NCBI GenBank assembly: GCA_002269645.1
Contig: NIVC01001520.1
Span: 210,884 to 274,883, forward strand
Direction of reading: 5' to 3'
DNA from: Macrostomum lignano
Taxonomy: Eukaryota
DNA: 64,000 nt
This document shows positions 1 to 10,890 of this stretch, piece by piece. Under the pieces are notes generated by a model. That model made no database searches, was not told the origin of the DNA, and worked only from the letters and a program-made list of their open reading frames with translations. The number at the start of each line of letters is the position of its first letter. Positions within the stretch are counted from its first letter, which is position 1. The position numbers and the translations under genes are program-made.

Positions 1-468
1 GGATCCAGTCATGGAAAGTAATTGTAATTCCATACCAGATCAGGAAGCTATCCAATGTTGTCAAAATACTGACAATATTGATTTGGGTTTCGACGAGATC
101 ATTAACCATTAATTGACTAATGATTGATAGTTTAACTTTAATGCTACTTTCAGTTTCAGGTATTCATTCTGTGAAAAAATAATGTTGATTTAATTATTGT
201 TACATTTTTCTCTGTAGCGCCCCTCTGACTATAGACCAAGAGGCATTCTTGTTCAGTTTGCATTTTTTTCTAGTTCTGACAACAATGTGTTGGCTTCTTT
301 ATTTATTGTTAGCTGGACGCAGTTTCGCGTTTTATATATTCTTTGTTGTGATTTTATGAACGCTCGGAAATTCTCGAGTGTGTCCTGTGTGAAGCATTTT
401 TAATAGAAAACTCATCTTTGCCAAAAATCGGTTTGTAATATCTGCTTTGCAATTGGATAGGCCTAGCC

Positions 469-740
469 CAGGGGTCGGCAAACTTCGGCCCGCAAAGCCT
501 CTGTATCCGGCCCTCGGATCCTTTTAAATTTCACAATAGCAATTCGGCCCGCTCAAGGTTTGTCTCTCTTCTCAGCTCTTCTCTCTAATCTCCTCTCATC
601 TTTTCTCTCCTCTCCTCTCATCTCCTCTCCTCTCCATTCTCCTATCTCTCTTCCCTCTCCTCTCTCCCCTCCTCTGGCCCGCAATCATGCGCTATGTTCT
701 CTATCCTAGCCCTTGAAGTAAAAAAGTTTGCTGAGCCTTG
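469..740 (+). mobile_element. Non-autonomous hAT (Charlie-like) MITE
   Basis: Starts CAGGGGTCGGCAAAC and ends in the degenerate inverted GTTTGCTGAGCCTTG. Perfect 8-bp flanking duplication gcctagcc (461-468 and 741-748) with central TA. CT-rich interior. Confidence 0.85.
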
Positions 741-1755
741 GCCTAGCCTTTGTCTGCCCTGGTTTGCAATAAATCAGTTGTTAATTTTCAGTTTATTTTT
801 GTTTCTAATGCTTATGAGCTATTTGTTTTCGATCCAGTTTTGGATTAGTTGATATTGATATTGATAATATACCTCTATCGAAACATGATCAAACGTTAGC
901 CTTTTGCTAAACTGCTTGTTTCCGTTTTGAGTTAGTTTACCAGCAATCTTAGCCACTTAGCAGGCCAACAAAATGCCAATCATAAAAAGCTCAATTATAA
1001 TAGACTATATATTCTTTTTCTAGCACAGTTACCAAATAATCAGACAAACTTACAAGAGTCGCAGTTTTTTAGTTTGTAGTTTTCGAACAGTTGCCAACTA
1101 GCCAGCTAGCAACTATATATTTCCAATGAAAACAAAACTCTGTACGGTCAGAATCCATTCATATTTTTCTATCATTTTTTTCTGCCCGAGCCAGTGGGAA
1201 TGAACTTTATGGTCATTACTGAACACCATTAATCAGCATGGGAGTCATCGCGAAAGTTGACCTGAACTTGAATCAACGAAAAAATGCACTCTTCGCTTTT
1301 AATAAATGTATTAGCTTTTAATAAATAATAAATTTATTGTCCTTCGCTTTCCTTTTAATTGCTAATGCTTGATAGCAGCAGAAGCCATAGTCTATGGTCA
1401 TAACACCAGGATGACAATGTATGATTATCGAGAGGTTATCGAGTGATTATCGACACAACTGCCATAGCGTCAAGGCCGAGACGCGGTAAGGCAGTTGTGT
1501 GTGAAGCGTTACCTCTTGATAGTGGAATTGTGTCTATTTTCGTCCAAAAACCAATTCAAAACGGCTAGGACACAACTTCCCAGACGGGAATTGTTCACTA
1601 AGCGATTCTAGGGATTCGTGTAATAGGCATTTTCCACTTGGCGCAAGCCAAATGATGGCCATAGACTAAACGTCTGGAACGAAAAGTTACGCGGAACAGC
1701 CTGAAATTATCATAGACAAAACGTTAAATAAAGTTGTGGTCTTATAAGCTGGAAC

Positions 1756-2360
1756 CAAAGAGTATTGAGGTCGCCTAGTATAGAGTGCCAATAAAGATGA
1801 AAATCTGAAGCCGATTTTTAGAATCCACCCACCCCTCCGGTCACCAAGCTTTTTAGTCTATGGCGCAAGTTGTGGCTAGTACAAAGCCGATGCTCAGAAA
1901 TATACATAGAGTGCATGAGAAAAATACAAGTAGCTAATGTAGCTGGACGAATACCATGTATGCTTAAAACGTCCTCAAGACTTTATTTCTGTATCCATAC
2001 TGTAACCGTACGTACATTGATTGCATTGTGTAAGGAGAAAATAAGTTGAGCAGGATTCTTGCAGCAGAGTCGGAAAGACAAAAACATAAGTGATAAACAG
2101 GCAGAGTGAAGGTGCAGCAGAGGGAAAAGCAAAAAACATAAGTGATAAACAGGCAGAGTGAAAGAAAACAGTACTATGAGCAAATAAGCAGGAAGTAATG
2201 TAGCAAACATGTCAAGTGAGAGAGGAGATGAGTCATAGCCTCTATGTATATTTCTGAGCATCAGCTTTGTACACCATTCTAGCCACAACTTGTGCCATAG
2301 ACTAAAAAGCTTTAGTATTTATTATCTGTGCTCTATACTAGGCGACCTCAATACTCTTTG
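1756..2360. mobile_element. MITE with long inverted arms, P-element-superfamily-like ends
   Basis: TIR CAAAGAGTATTGAGGTCGCCTAGTATAGAG / CTCTATACTAGGCGACCTCAATACTCTTTG. Further inverted homology between ~1850-1912 and ~2240-2310. Perfect 8-bp TSD gctggaac (1748-1755 and 2361-2368). Superfamily is inferred only from the CAAAG terminus plus 8-bp TSD. Confidence 0.8.
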
Positions 2361-2422
2361 GCTGGAACTCTGCAGCAGAGGACACATGTTCCTGTTTCCT
2401 CCGTTTGCCCTAACCTCTATTC

Positions 2423-3105
2423 ATGCCACTCATACGAATGATAAATTGGTCGAATTTGCCGATTGAAAGCATTTACGGCTTGAATGGAAATGAGGTCAAC
2501 TTTCTCAGCGACTTGAGTATGGGTGGACGTGATGAGGCGGATGACAAAGAGTTGATGGAGTTCATCCGATTCATTGAATGCGGTAACGATGATGCTCTGC
2601 CACCACTGCCAAGCAAAGAAGAGGCTTGCCCCGAGGATCCCATGCGGAACAAACCATGCAATTCGGCCGATGTGAGTGTAACGTCTAAAGACATTTCTTA
2701 TATAAATAAGACATTTCTTATTATTTTTCTTTTCGTACATGTATACAATCTGTTTATTCAGCTTTGTTGTATTGAATAAAGAATATCCTCGCAAACGCAT
2801 TGATACAACAACAAAATACGTTGTCAAGATGGCAAAAGTCAGCGTCACAGGGCGCGCTTCATGGCTTGGGCGCGAACAAAGGCCGCGCCACCGGCAGTGT
2901 CCGGGGCGCCGGCGTCAGCCAGCAGACAGTCGACATAACGCCGAGTTCGCGCTTGACCTCGCCGGTAGGGTGCCTGCAGCGTGAGCAGGCATGGGTATAT
3001 CCAAATACGAGCTATAACCCGTTGGGAATATTCAAAGATGGGGGCGGCTTGACTATAGACTATTCGCAGATAAACAATCTGTTGTATTCCTGTTTCGATG
3101 CCTGA
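2423..3105 (+). CDS. Possible two-exon ORF of unknown function (2423-2671 joined to 2782-3105)
   Basis: Strong donor GAT|gtgagt at 2672 and an AG at 2780-2781 are both phase 0 and join the 2423 and 2800 ORFs. The acceptor is weak and I recognise no domain. Confidence 0.3.
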
Positions 3106-3893
3106 AAGGCGCGCAAAAATTTACTTAGTTCACAATTTCCGTCGACGCAGTCGTTTGTGGCCCAAACGAAACTAGGCACAATTGATCAAACAGGTAGTCA
3201 TGTGCGATCTAATGGAAAAGTTCATATGGCCTTCATTCTGCATGGTAGACGACTAGCATCGCTAAGTTGATTAGAAAGTAAGCAGAACTGCCAGCAAAAT
3301 GCTGTCTATGGTCAAAAGGGAAGTGACCGACTGCGCGAAAATGGCTTCACTTACTTTAGCTTTTGGCGATAGACAAGTATTTTGTTCGCACACCTGCGTA
3401 CTTCATGGTTACGCCGGTCATTGCCACGCGTAGCCTGTAAGATGTGCTGCAGCCAAATTCAACAGTCGCCGAAAATCTGCACGAGTTCCCTCTTTCGCCT
3501 TCTTGCCAATCGCTTTCGGAGCGATTCTGACCGAATAAAAATAAGATCGGCTTCACTTTCTCAGCACTTGTTGGAATTCTATAATAGCGCGCGATGTTCT
3601 CTGGGTATAGCGTATACGTTCGTCTACTTAGTTCTCTATGAGTGCATGAAGTACTCGTACTTAGAAGTAGACAGAGCATGATTCGAACCTGGCAATATAT
3701 TTTCTACTATTCGTTTACACAAAAATATTTAAGTAAACTTATACTACAGTAACTAATTCAGGTTTTCCCAACCGGTTTCATAAGTTGCGAGATATAGTTA
3801 CTACTCGACATAGCGGTACTAATAACAGTAAAAATAAGGAAACTGAATTCTCTACTGAAACCGAGCATTAATTACAGATCATTTTCTCCAACG

Positions 3894-4956
3894 CATAAGC
3901 GTAGGAACGTTTTAAAAAATGGGGGGGCAGGTTCAGTGGCGGATTAGGGGGGGGGGCGCACAGGGTGTACGCCCCCGTCGGGTTAGATTTTTTTATATGG
4001 AAAATGCACATTACTATGTACCAATTATTTTCAGAATCCGTCTTGTCAGCACTCATTTTATAAAGCGCCACAGGCACTCATTTTTGCGCCGCAGGCACTC
4101 ATTTTTGCGCCACAGGCACTCATTTTAGCGCCGCAGGCACTCATTTTAGCGCCACAGGCACTCATTTTAGCGCCACAGGCACTCATTTTAGCGCCACAGG
4201 CACTCATTTTAGCGCCGCAGGCACTCATTTTAGCGCCGCAGGCCCTTATTTATTTTAGCTTATTTTAGCGCTGCAGGCACTCATTTTAGCGCCGTAGGCA
4301 CTTATTTTACCGCCGCAGGCACTCATTTTAGCGCTGCAGGCACTCATTTTAGCGCCGCAGGCACTCATTTTAGCGCCGCAGGCCCTTATTTTAGCGCTGC
4401 AGGCACTCATTTTAGCGCCGCAGGCCCTTATTTATTTTAGCTTATTTTAGCGCTGCAGGCACTCATTTTAGCGCCGCAGGCACTCATTTTTGCGCCGCAG
4501 GCACTCATTTTTGCGCCACAGGCACTCATTTTAGCGCCACAGGCACTCATTTTAGCGCCGCAGGCACTCATTTTAGCGCCGCAGGCCCTTATTTATTTTA
4601 GCTTATTTTAGCGCTGCAGGCACTCATTTTAGCGCCGCAGGCCCTTATTTATTTTAGCTTATTTTAGCGCTGCAGGCACTCATTTTAGCGCCGTAGGCAC
4701 TTATTTTACCGCCGCAGGCACTCATTTTAGCGCCGCAGGCACTCATTTTGGCGCTGCAGGCACTCATTTTGGCGCTGCAGGCGCTATGTTTTGTTGCCCT
4801 GCAGCAAAATGCATTCATGCAAAGCAGCAAAAAGCAAAAATTAGCAAGAAGTCTACATTTTACATTTAAAATGGGGGGCCAGATACCATTACTGGCCCCC
4901 ATTTAAAAAGTGGAGGGGGGCCATGGCCCCACTGTCCCCCCGTTCCTACGCCTATG
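3894..4956. mobile_element. hAT-type MITE carrying an internal minisatellite
   Basis: TIRs CATAAGCGTAGGAAC / GTTCCTACGCCTATG. Perfect 8-bp TSD ctccaacg (3886-3893 and 4957-4964). Confidence 0.85.
4045..4785. repeat. 21-nt minisatellite (cactcattttagcgccgcagg)n
   Basis: Direct tandem array inside the MITE. It explains the ORFs at 3919-4128 and 4654-4902. Confidence 0.95.
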
Positions 4957-5034
4957 CTCCAACGGCTCATCGAATACCTACCGGTCGAGGACACACACAT
5001 GTCAAATTCTTGTGGATCACAGAGCTCGTATGCT

Positions 5035-5185
5035 CGTGGGCTTGTGTATGCTGGAAAACTGACCAGTGGGTTTTTCGTGCGATTCACAGCAATGAGGGCC
5101 AACCCCTCGAAACACAGAGTGCCCGACGATTCGAAAGTCGGAGCCGCTGTACACCCTGTGTGAGCGAGTGTATGAGTGAGTGTCT
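5035..5185 (+). mobile_element. 5'-truncated copy of SINE family B
   Basis: gtgcgattcacagc.atgagggccaacccc...ccgctgt.caccctgtgtgagcg matches the reverse complement of 62810-62930. Confidence 0.65.
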
Positions 5186-5493
5186 ATTTAGAGTATGGGC
5201 GCGCTTGCATGTGCTGAGGAGTCAGCGAAAGAATTCAGCGCTGGTTGCGGGACGATGTTACCGAAGGCGTTGCGCCAGGGTGCCCGGGCGCAACCCTCCA
5301 GCGACTATTAACTGGACAATCAGGACCCGGTCCAAATCGTAACCTGACGATTTTTAATCTACTTTATCACATAATTCATATGCTATAAAAGAGAAAATCA
5401 AGCAAACACCACGTTGCAAGAACCTGCACGGTACCTATACATGTATGTTACTGGAGTTTAATATTGTTGGTGCTAATAAACGGTCGAATTTGC

Positions 5494-6195
5494 TCATTTG
5501 AAATTCGGTGGCCGTCTGCTATAGTACACAGCGCAGCTGGGACTCTTCATAGCCAGCTTATTGCTTCCGTCGGTCAGTTGGCAGCAGGCCAAAAACGGAC
5601 GGACATCCACCGACCAGTGGCCGAAGATGTCCGCTCGTCGATCCGATGTTCCGGCGCCAACCGTCGGGTCCGTCAGCAGCTGACCATGATCGTCGTAGCA
5701 GCACTGCTGCCTGGCCGACGTTCCGTCAGGCAGCTCCAGCGGCCAGCTGCGCACGCAGAAGTCCGCCCCGATGTGGAAGCCGCAGTCTGGGCCGCCGCAC
5801 AGCCAGGACTTCAGCCAGCTGGGTGCTGCTAGCCATGAGCCTGCATTCGTCGAACTAGACGCGGCGCCACGGCAGCAAAAGTCGCTCCGCCAGGTTCCAT
5901 CGTTAACAGCAGCAGTAGCAGCGGCCGCATCGCTCGGACAAGGATAGCGGATGCGCAGCCGGTGTAGCCAGTCTGGCACAGTTTCCGAGGCGGCTTCGGC
6001 GCGGGCCCACTCGGAGCAACGATCAGTGGCGACGTCTGACTTGGGTGGAACTTTGTTGCAGTCGCTGTCGTCGCGGCTAGTACAGAAATCCTGCTGCTGC
6101 TGCTGCTTCTGCTCCTTGTGGAGGCTGCTAACAGAGGCTACAGACGTGGCTACCATGATGCAGCAAATCAGAATAGCGAGATAGTGCTTTGCCAT
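5494..6195 (-). CDS. Secreted AMOP-domain protein (isthmin C-terminal-like), 233 aa, single exon
   Basis: Hydrophobic N-terminal signal peptide. Motifs FCVRS, QQCCYDDHGQLLT, GAG, HWSVDVRPFLACC and YYSRRPPN match the remembered AMOP consensus (HCCYD..RLLT.GKGAG...H.K.D..PW..C...PPNN). Confidence 0.85.
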   Translation of the reverse strand: MAKHYLAILICCIMVATSVASVSSLHKEQKQQQQQDFCTSRDDSDCNKVPPKSDVATDRCSEWARAEAASETVPDWLHRLRIRYPCPSDAAAATAAVNDGTWRSDFCCRGAASSSTNAGSWLAAPSWLKSWLCGGPDCGFHIGADFCVRSWPLELPDGTSARQQCCYDDHGQLLTDPTVGAGTSDRRADIFGHWSVDVRPFLACCQLTDGSNKLAMKSPSCAVYYSRRPPNFK

Positions 6196-6494
6196 CGATG
6201 CAGACCGCCAGAGTTCTGCTGCGGAGATTCAGGCGGTTGTACAGCATTTTTTATTGAATTCATCAGAGATTTTTAACCGCCAGCCACTTTCCCATAGACA
6301 TAGCCGCTGCTGTTCCCGCTCAGCCCCATACAAGGGAGAATAAGCCAGTTAAAAATCAAGAATCCAGAAAATAGAGAAAATAGAGCCAGACAAAGAAACC
6401 CCTGAATTTTACCCGTAGACGACTGGTAGATTACTCTATAGATTACTATATATATTATTTGGTTGTAACAAGAGTTTCGAGCGTTTTTTTACTC

Positions 6495-6790
6495 AACTTT
6501 GAATTCATTTTTCCAATCTCATAACAGTTTCTATTCCAGGATATAATCACGATCCTGATCAATGACCTGTTGCCATCTGGCGATGAGATCGTGAATTCCC
6601 TTCTTGATAATTCAAGTGGCAGCAATTTGAAGTATTGCTCGAGCCAGGCTTTCACCTCCTCGTCTTTTAACGTCACGCCATTTATGTGGTTCTGCATAGA
6701 GCGGAACAGGTGCAAGTGGTAGTCTGATGGCGCAAGATCAGGCGCAAGTATGGAGGGCGGGGCATGACTTCCCAGCCCAGCTCGAGCAGC
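6495..6790 (-). mobile_element. Mariner transposase C-terminal remnant (frameshifted)
   Basis: APDLAPSDYHL..FRSMQNHINGVT..EEVKAWL..YF resembles the YSPDLAPSDY motif. GIHDLIARWQQVIDQDRDYILE* follows in a shifted frame. Confidence 0.9.
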
Positions 6791-9700
6791 TTCTGCAGTG
6801 TCTTTCCTTATTGAACTGCGCGAACCAGGCACGGCAGCGTTGCTCACAGTAAATATGCGCGAATGAGGTGACGTTGATCGTGTTGTTGCGTAGCCATTGT
6901 AGCTGAAGGTTTAGCATATCCAAGCGGATATACGCTAGTGCGCACACTCTTACGAGCGTAAATGCCCCCCATAGAACATTGTCGTTCTGCTGATTTACCT
7001 AATTGTGTCATTACTGTGCCAAATGTGCCGAAAAGGACAGCTGAGGACAATTAAAATGTGCTAATTGGCATAACTGGGGTAGTACAGTTGGCAGAATTGC
7101 AGATTTTGCTAGGACAATCATTTCCCGCCGGGAGTACGAAGTACATTTAAGTCGATGATGGTGCGCCCATCATACTAAATATAAGAGATAGCCAATTTTG
7201 ATTATATGAATCAGCAAGAAACTACATAGCTCGTAGATCAAGCGTTGTGCCCGCACCATACGAATGTGTACTTTTAAAGTTCAAGACTCATCAAAGCCTA
7301 ATTCATCTATCCAGCTAGCTTTATTAGTACATAGCATATGTTAGTTCATACACAAACGCCTTCTTTGCCGTAGGCGCCTTCCGTTGGATCTGATGATGCC
7401 GCTGATCGTAGAATCTTGCAGTTGAATTGCAGACTTGCCGCCCAGTATGTAGGATTTCGGCTGGAGATGGACGCCAACAGGCATTGTCTTCGCGAACAAA
7501 CCGACATCCTCAGGATTGTTTGCCACGTACTGGGTGCACAAGCTGCGTCGGGTGATCCGTTGCCCACCCTCGGACACCAGCCGACTAAATGCCTCACCCG
7601 ACCGGGTCAAAAAAGCCTTGCCTCCGCAGCAGCACGTGGGACGCGACTACGCTTTTTTATCTTATAACAAAAAAATGTCACGAAACGCGGCGATATCGGA
7701 GCACAGTCGATTTGGTAAGGTCAGGCTGGCGCATTCAATGGTGCCTGTCTTTTTGTGAGGCACCTCCCGGATGGGCAGGCTGAAATGCGACTTTGGCGAC
7801 GGCAGCGTCACTGCCACCAGAGGCGGGAACCCCATCCCAGCGATGCGGCGACGGACGATGGGGTCGTCAAAGTGGAATTGATGAAGGCCAATTCAATCAA
7901 TACTGCTGCTCCCATCGTTATTACCGCGCCTGATCGCGTCAGGCCGGAACCCTGTCTGCCCGACCACCAGCGGCATCCAGCAGCATGTCGCAGAAAGCCG
8001 GCCTCACAATGCATCCCTAACGATCGGCGTTCGGCGTCGTGAAGTGTCGCTTCTCGTAGGCTCGCTGGCGGGCAGCCTTGTCCAGCATGTACTCCGCTTA
8101 AAAGGCAAATTGGAGGTCGCCTGGCAGCGGTGCGCGGAGTCACCAGCTGACCACGAAGGGCAGCAATCATGGCCTGACGTTGGCGTTGTCCATCTGTCAA
8201 ATCGTACAGCGTCGCGATCCCGAGACTGCGCATGGCTATTGTTAAGCAGTTCATAGCGCCCTAGGCCGACCAGTCGCCGCCCCGCATGGATCCCGCGCTC
8301 TGACTTGCGGTCAATATACTCAATTAGTTTGCTATGCACCCTTGTAGCCAGCGTGGACTGGTTCCATCCCTTTCTGCCACTGCCGCAGCCGTCGCCGCCA
8401 TTGTCGTCGTCATCGGACTCGACGCTACTCGTCTGCTGTTCTGATGCAGCTGGCGCCAGACCCCTCCAGCACAAGCCGAAGGGTGCGGCAATGCTTGTGA
8501 AAGCGATGGGCAAGGCACAGAATTTTTCTGTGTGTGACTCCAAAGAGCCAACCAGATGATGCTCAGACTCTCTAAGCTCTCTTCAATTGTTTTTGGAAGC
8601 TGCTGCGAAGTCGCCGACTGCTCCTCCTCCGCTGCTGCAGCTGAACAAGCTGATCCTACTGCTGAGATGCCCGCGGCCAATGGGGCGGGAATGTGACTAG
8701 CTTCCATCGTCAGCCCATTCAGATTGCGCTGCGTTACCTGTGCGTGGGTGAGTATACGGGCACAGAGAAGCTTTAGCAGGGCTCGTGCATGCCTGCTGGA
8801 CTGGCTTACATGCACTCAGTCGGACACTCACCGGTAAAGTGTAAGCAGCGTCCACAGGCATTTGCTGCCCAACCATCTAAATCAGCGGTGGCCTCCAAGT
8901 GAGTGTAACTCATTCTGCATGGCGATGGTCCGCATGTCTGCCGCGGCTCTGATGACCATCGCATCCGGCGGTGTACAGAGCGAGACGCTCTGCCAAAATC
9001 TTTACCATCCCAACGAAAATGTACATGCACATTTTAAGATTAAAATCAATTAAAACTGCCTAAGCTGGAAATGAAGCTTAATACTCAGTGCTGCCAGTCA
9101 GCCAAGGGTATGGAAAACTTGAGGTTTCAGCCATAGACATTACTATACTGAAGAGCGTCTGTGACACAAACTCCAACCCATGGCTGATTGATTTAGTCGC
9201 ACAGGACAGGCTGCGAATTTGGGGTTTATACCATAAACTAAAAAGCAAGACTGCACCTGACATATATCCACTAGCGCTCGACCTCGGCCTCTGGCGTGGT
9301 GCAGACATTCAAGCGGAGAGTTTGCACCATTGACAAAAACCACTTTACCGATTGAGTTGGTAGAAAGTGGAGCCACTCGGGGCAAGCAAAAGGAGCCATT
9401 GACTCTTCTCGCAACTCTTTTCAGCTATACTATACTTCTGTGAGTGAGCGCGATTTGATGTTATATACTGTTACATTTGCTATACAACTATAGTGTCAAC
9501 TATGATCGAAAGTCCATTGCATTGCAGCAGTGGAGCTGTGCTACAGATTAATGGAATTGAAGCAGTTGAGAGGCACTTACTTGTCTTGAACTAATTAGTA
9601 CGAGTAAATGGTGTCATGAAGGCTGTAGCTACTCACTCATGCGCAATCAGCATCTCCTACCTAATTTGTGAAATTGAAAACACAAGCATTATCTAATTCT

Positions 9701-10890
9701 ATCGTTTTTGCTATGTTTAGTAACATGTGCCTTTAAGTTTTAGAAGGCCGAATTTTGAAGGGTAGAAAATATACTTCCGGATTCCGGAAAGTTTGTTGCA
9801 TAAATAATATACACGCGTGTATTCTGAGACTGTCTGTCAAGTAGATACAGTATATAATTAGTTGTTGAAATTTTAACATTATATACATGTACGTAGATGC
9901 GAGTGCAATGTAAAATACGACAATGCTTACTTTTTTAGCGTCTCAAAGGCCAGTCGTATGTTATAAATCCACTGTCAAATCAATATTTTGATAGTTTGAA
10001 GTGCTTTCTTCTTACAGCTTTGGCCTTGAATAGTGTTTTGTTTTACAGAACAAGCTACGACTACGAGTGTATACTTTTTTCTATGCACCAAAACTGTACT
10101 CTACATGTCGAAGGCTTACCAATAGACTATCTTGTACGCAGTAGCTGGCCCAGTGCTCTACAAAGCACAAGTATAGAGTTGGTCTGTACATTGGCATCTG
10201 CTTGCACACTGTCATAGTGCGATTTTGATAAAAAATGCATTTTGCATGTTACCTGCAAGCTTTCAGGTTGAACGGTAACTTATCTCTGCTGCTTTGTGGC
10301 TCGCTAAGTTTAGTTAACGTTTAGCTGATCAAAATAGCAGGGCCAGTCTTGACGCAGTTCCCATATCCATTTTTATGCTTTTAAATCTCTCAAAAAGACG
10401 TCACGCACGCAGTCTTGAAATAGAATTCAATTATGCCATTCGAAATTGACGTTCGGGATTAAATTAGTCTCCAGGCATCTCCTATTTTTAATGCAGTTTA
10501 AACCTCAGTCGAGGCTGAGATAAACAAGGGGCTAAAATTGAAATGTTTGATTTCCAAAGATTACTGAGTCTGTCTAGCAGCAGACTGCTAAACTTGTGGC
10601 CTCATCTGGCATGAGTTTAATAGAATGAAAAAATTCAAATCTGTTGAATAATCTGATTTAATCAACTTTATCCAGTCAGAACCGGGAGGCAGAGGCGGCG
10701 GATTTGTGTTTATATTCGGCTGGCGTCCGACTACCGCAAGAGATTCTTCGCGCCGCATTCGGAAACCTGTAGGAAAAAGCATCTCAGCCACCCTTGAAGA
10801 CAGAAGGTGAGTCCTACTGTAGCTTCTGCCGCACTGCTTTCTGCATGAAGCCCATTCACACAGTGAAACTCGTCCCTCCCACAGTGAGAC

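Noticed and set aside
1387-1669. Short inverted repeat agtctatggtcat / atggccatagact as a MITE
   Set aside because: Only ~13 bp with a mismatch and no convincing TSD.
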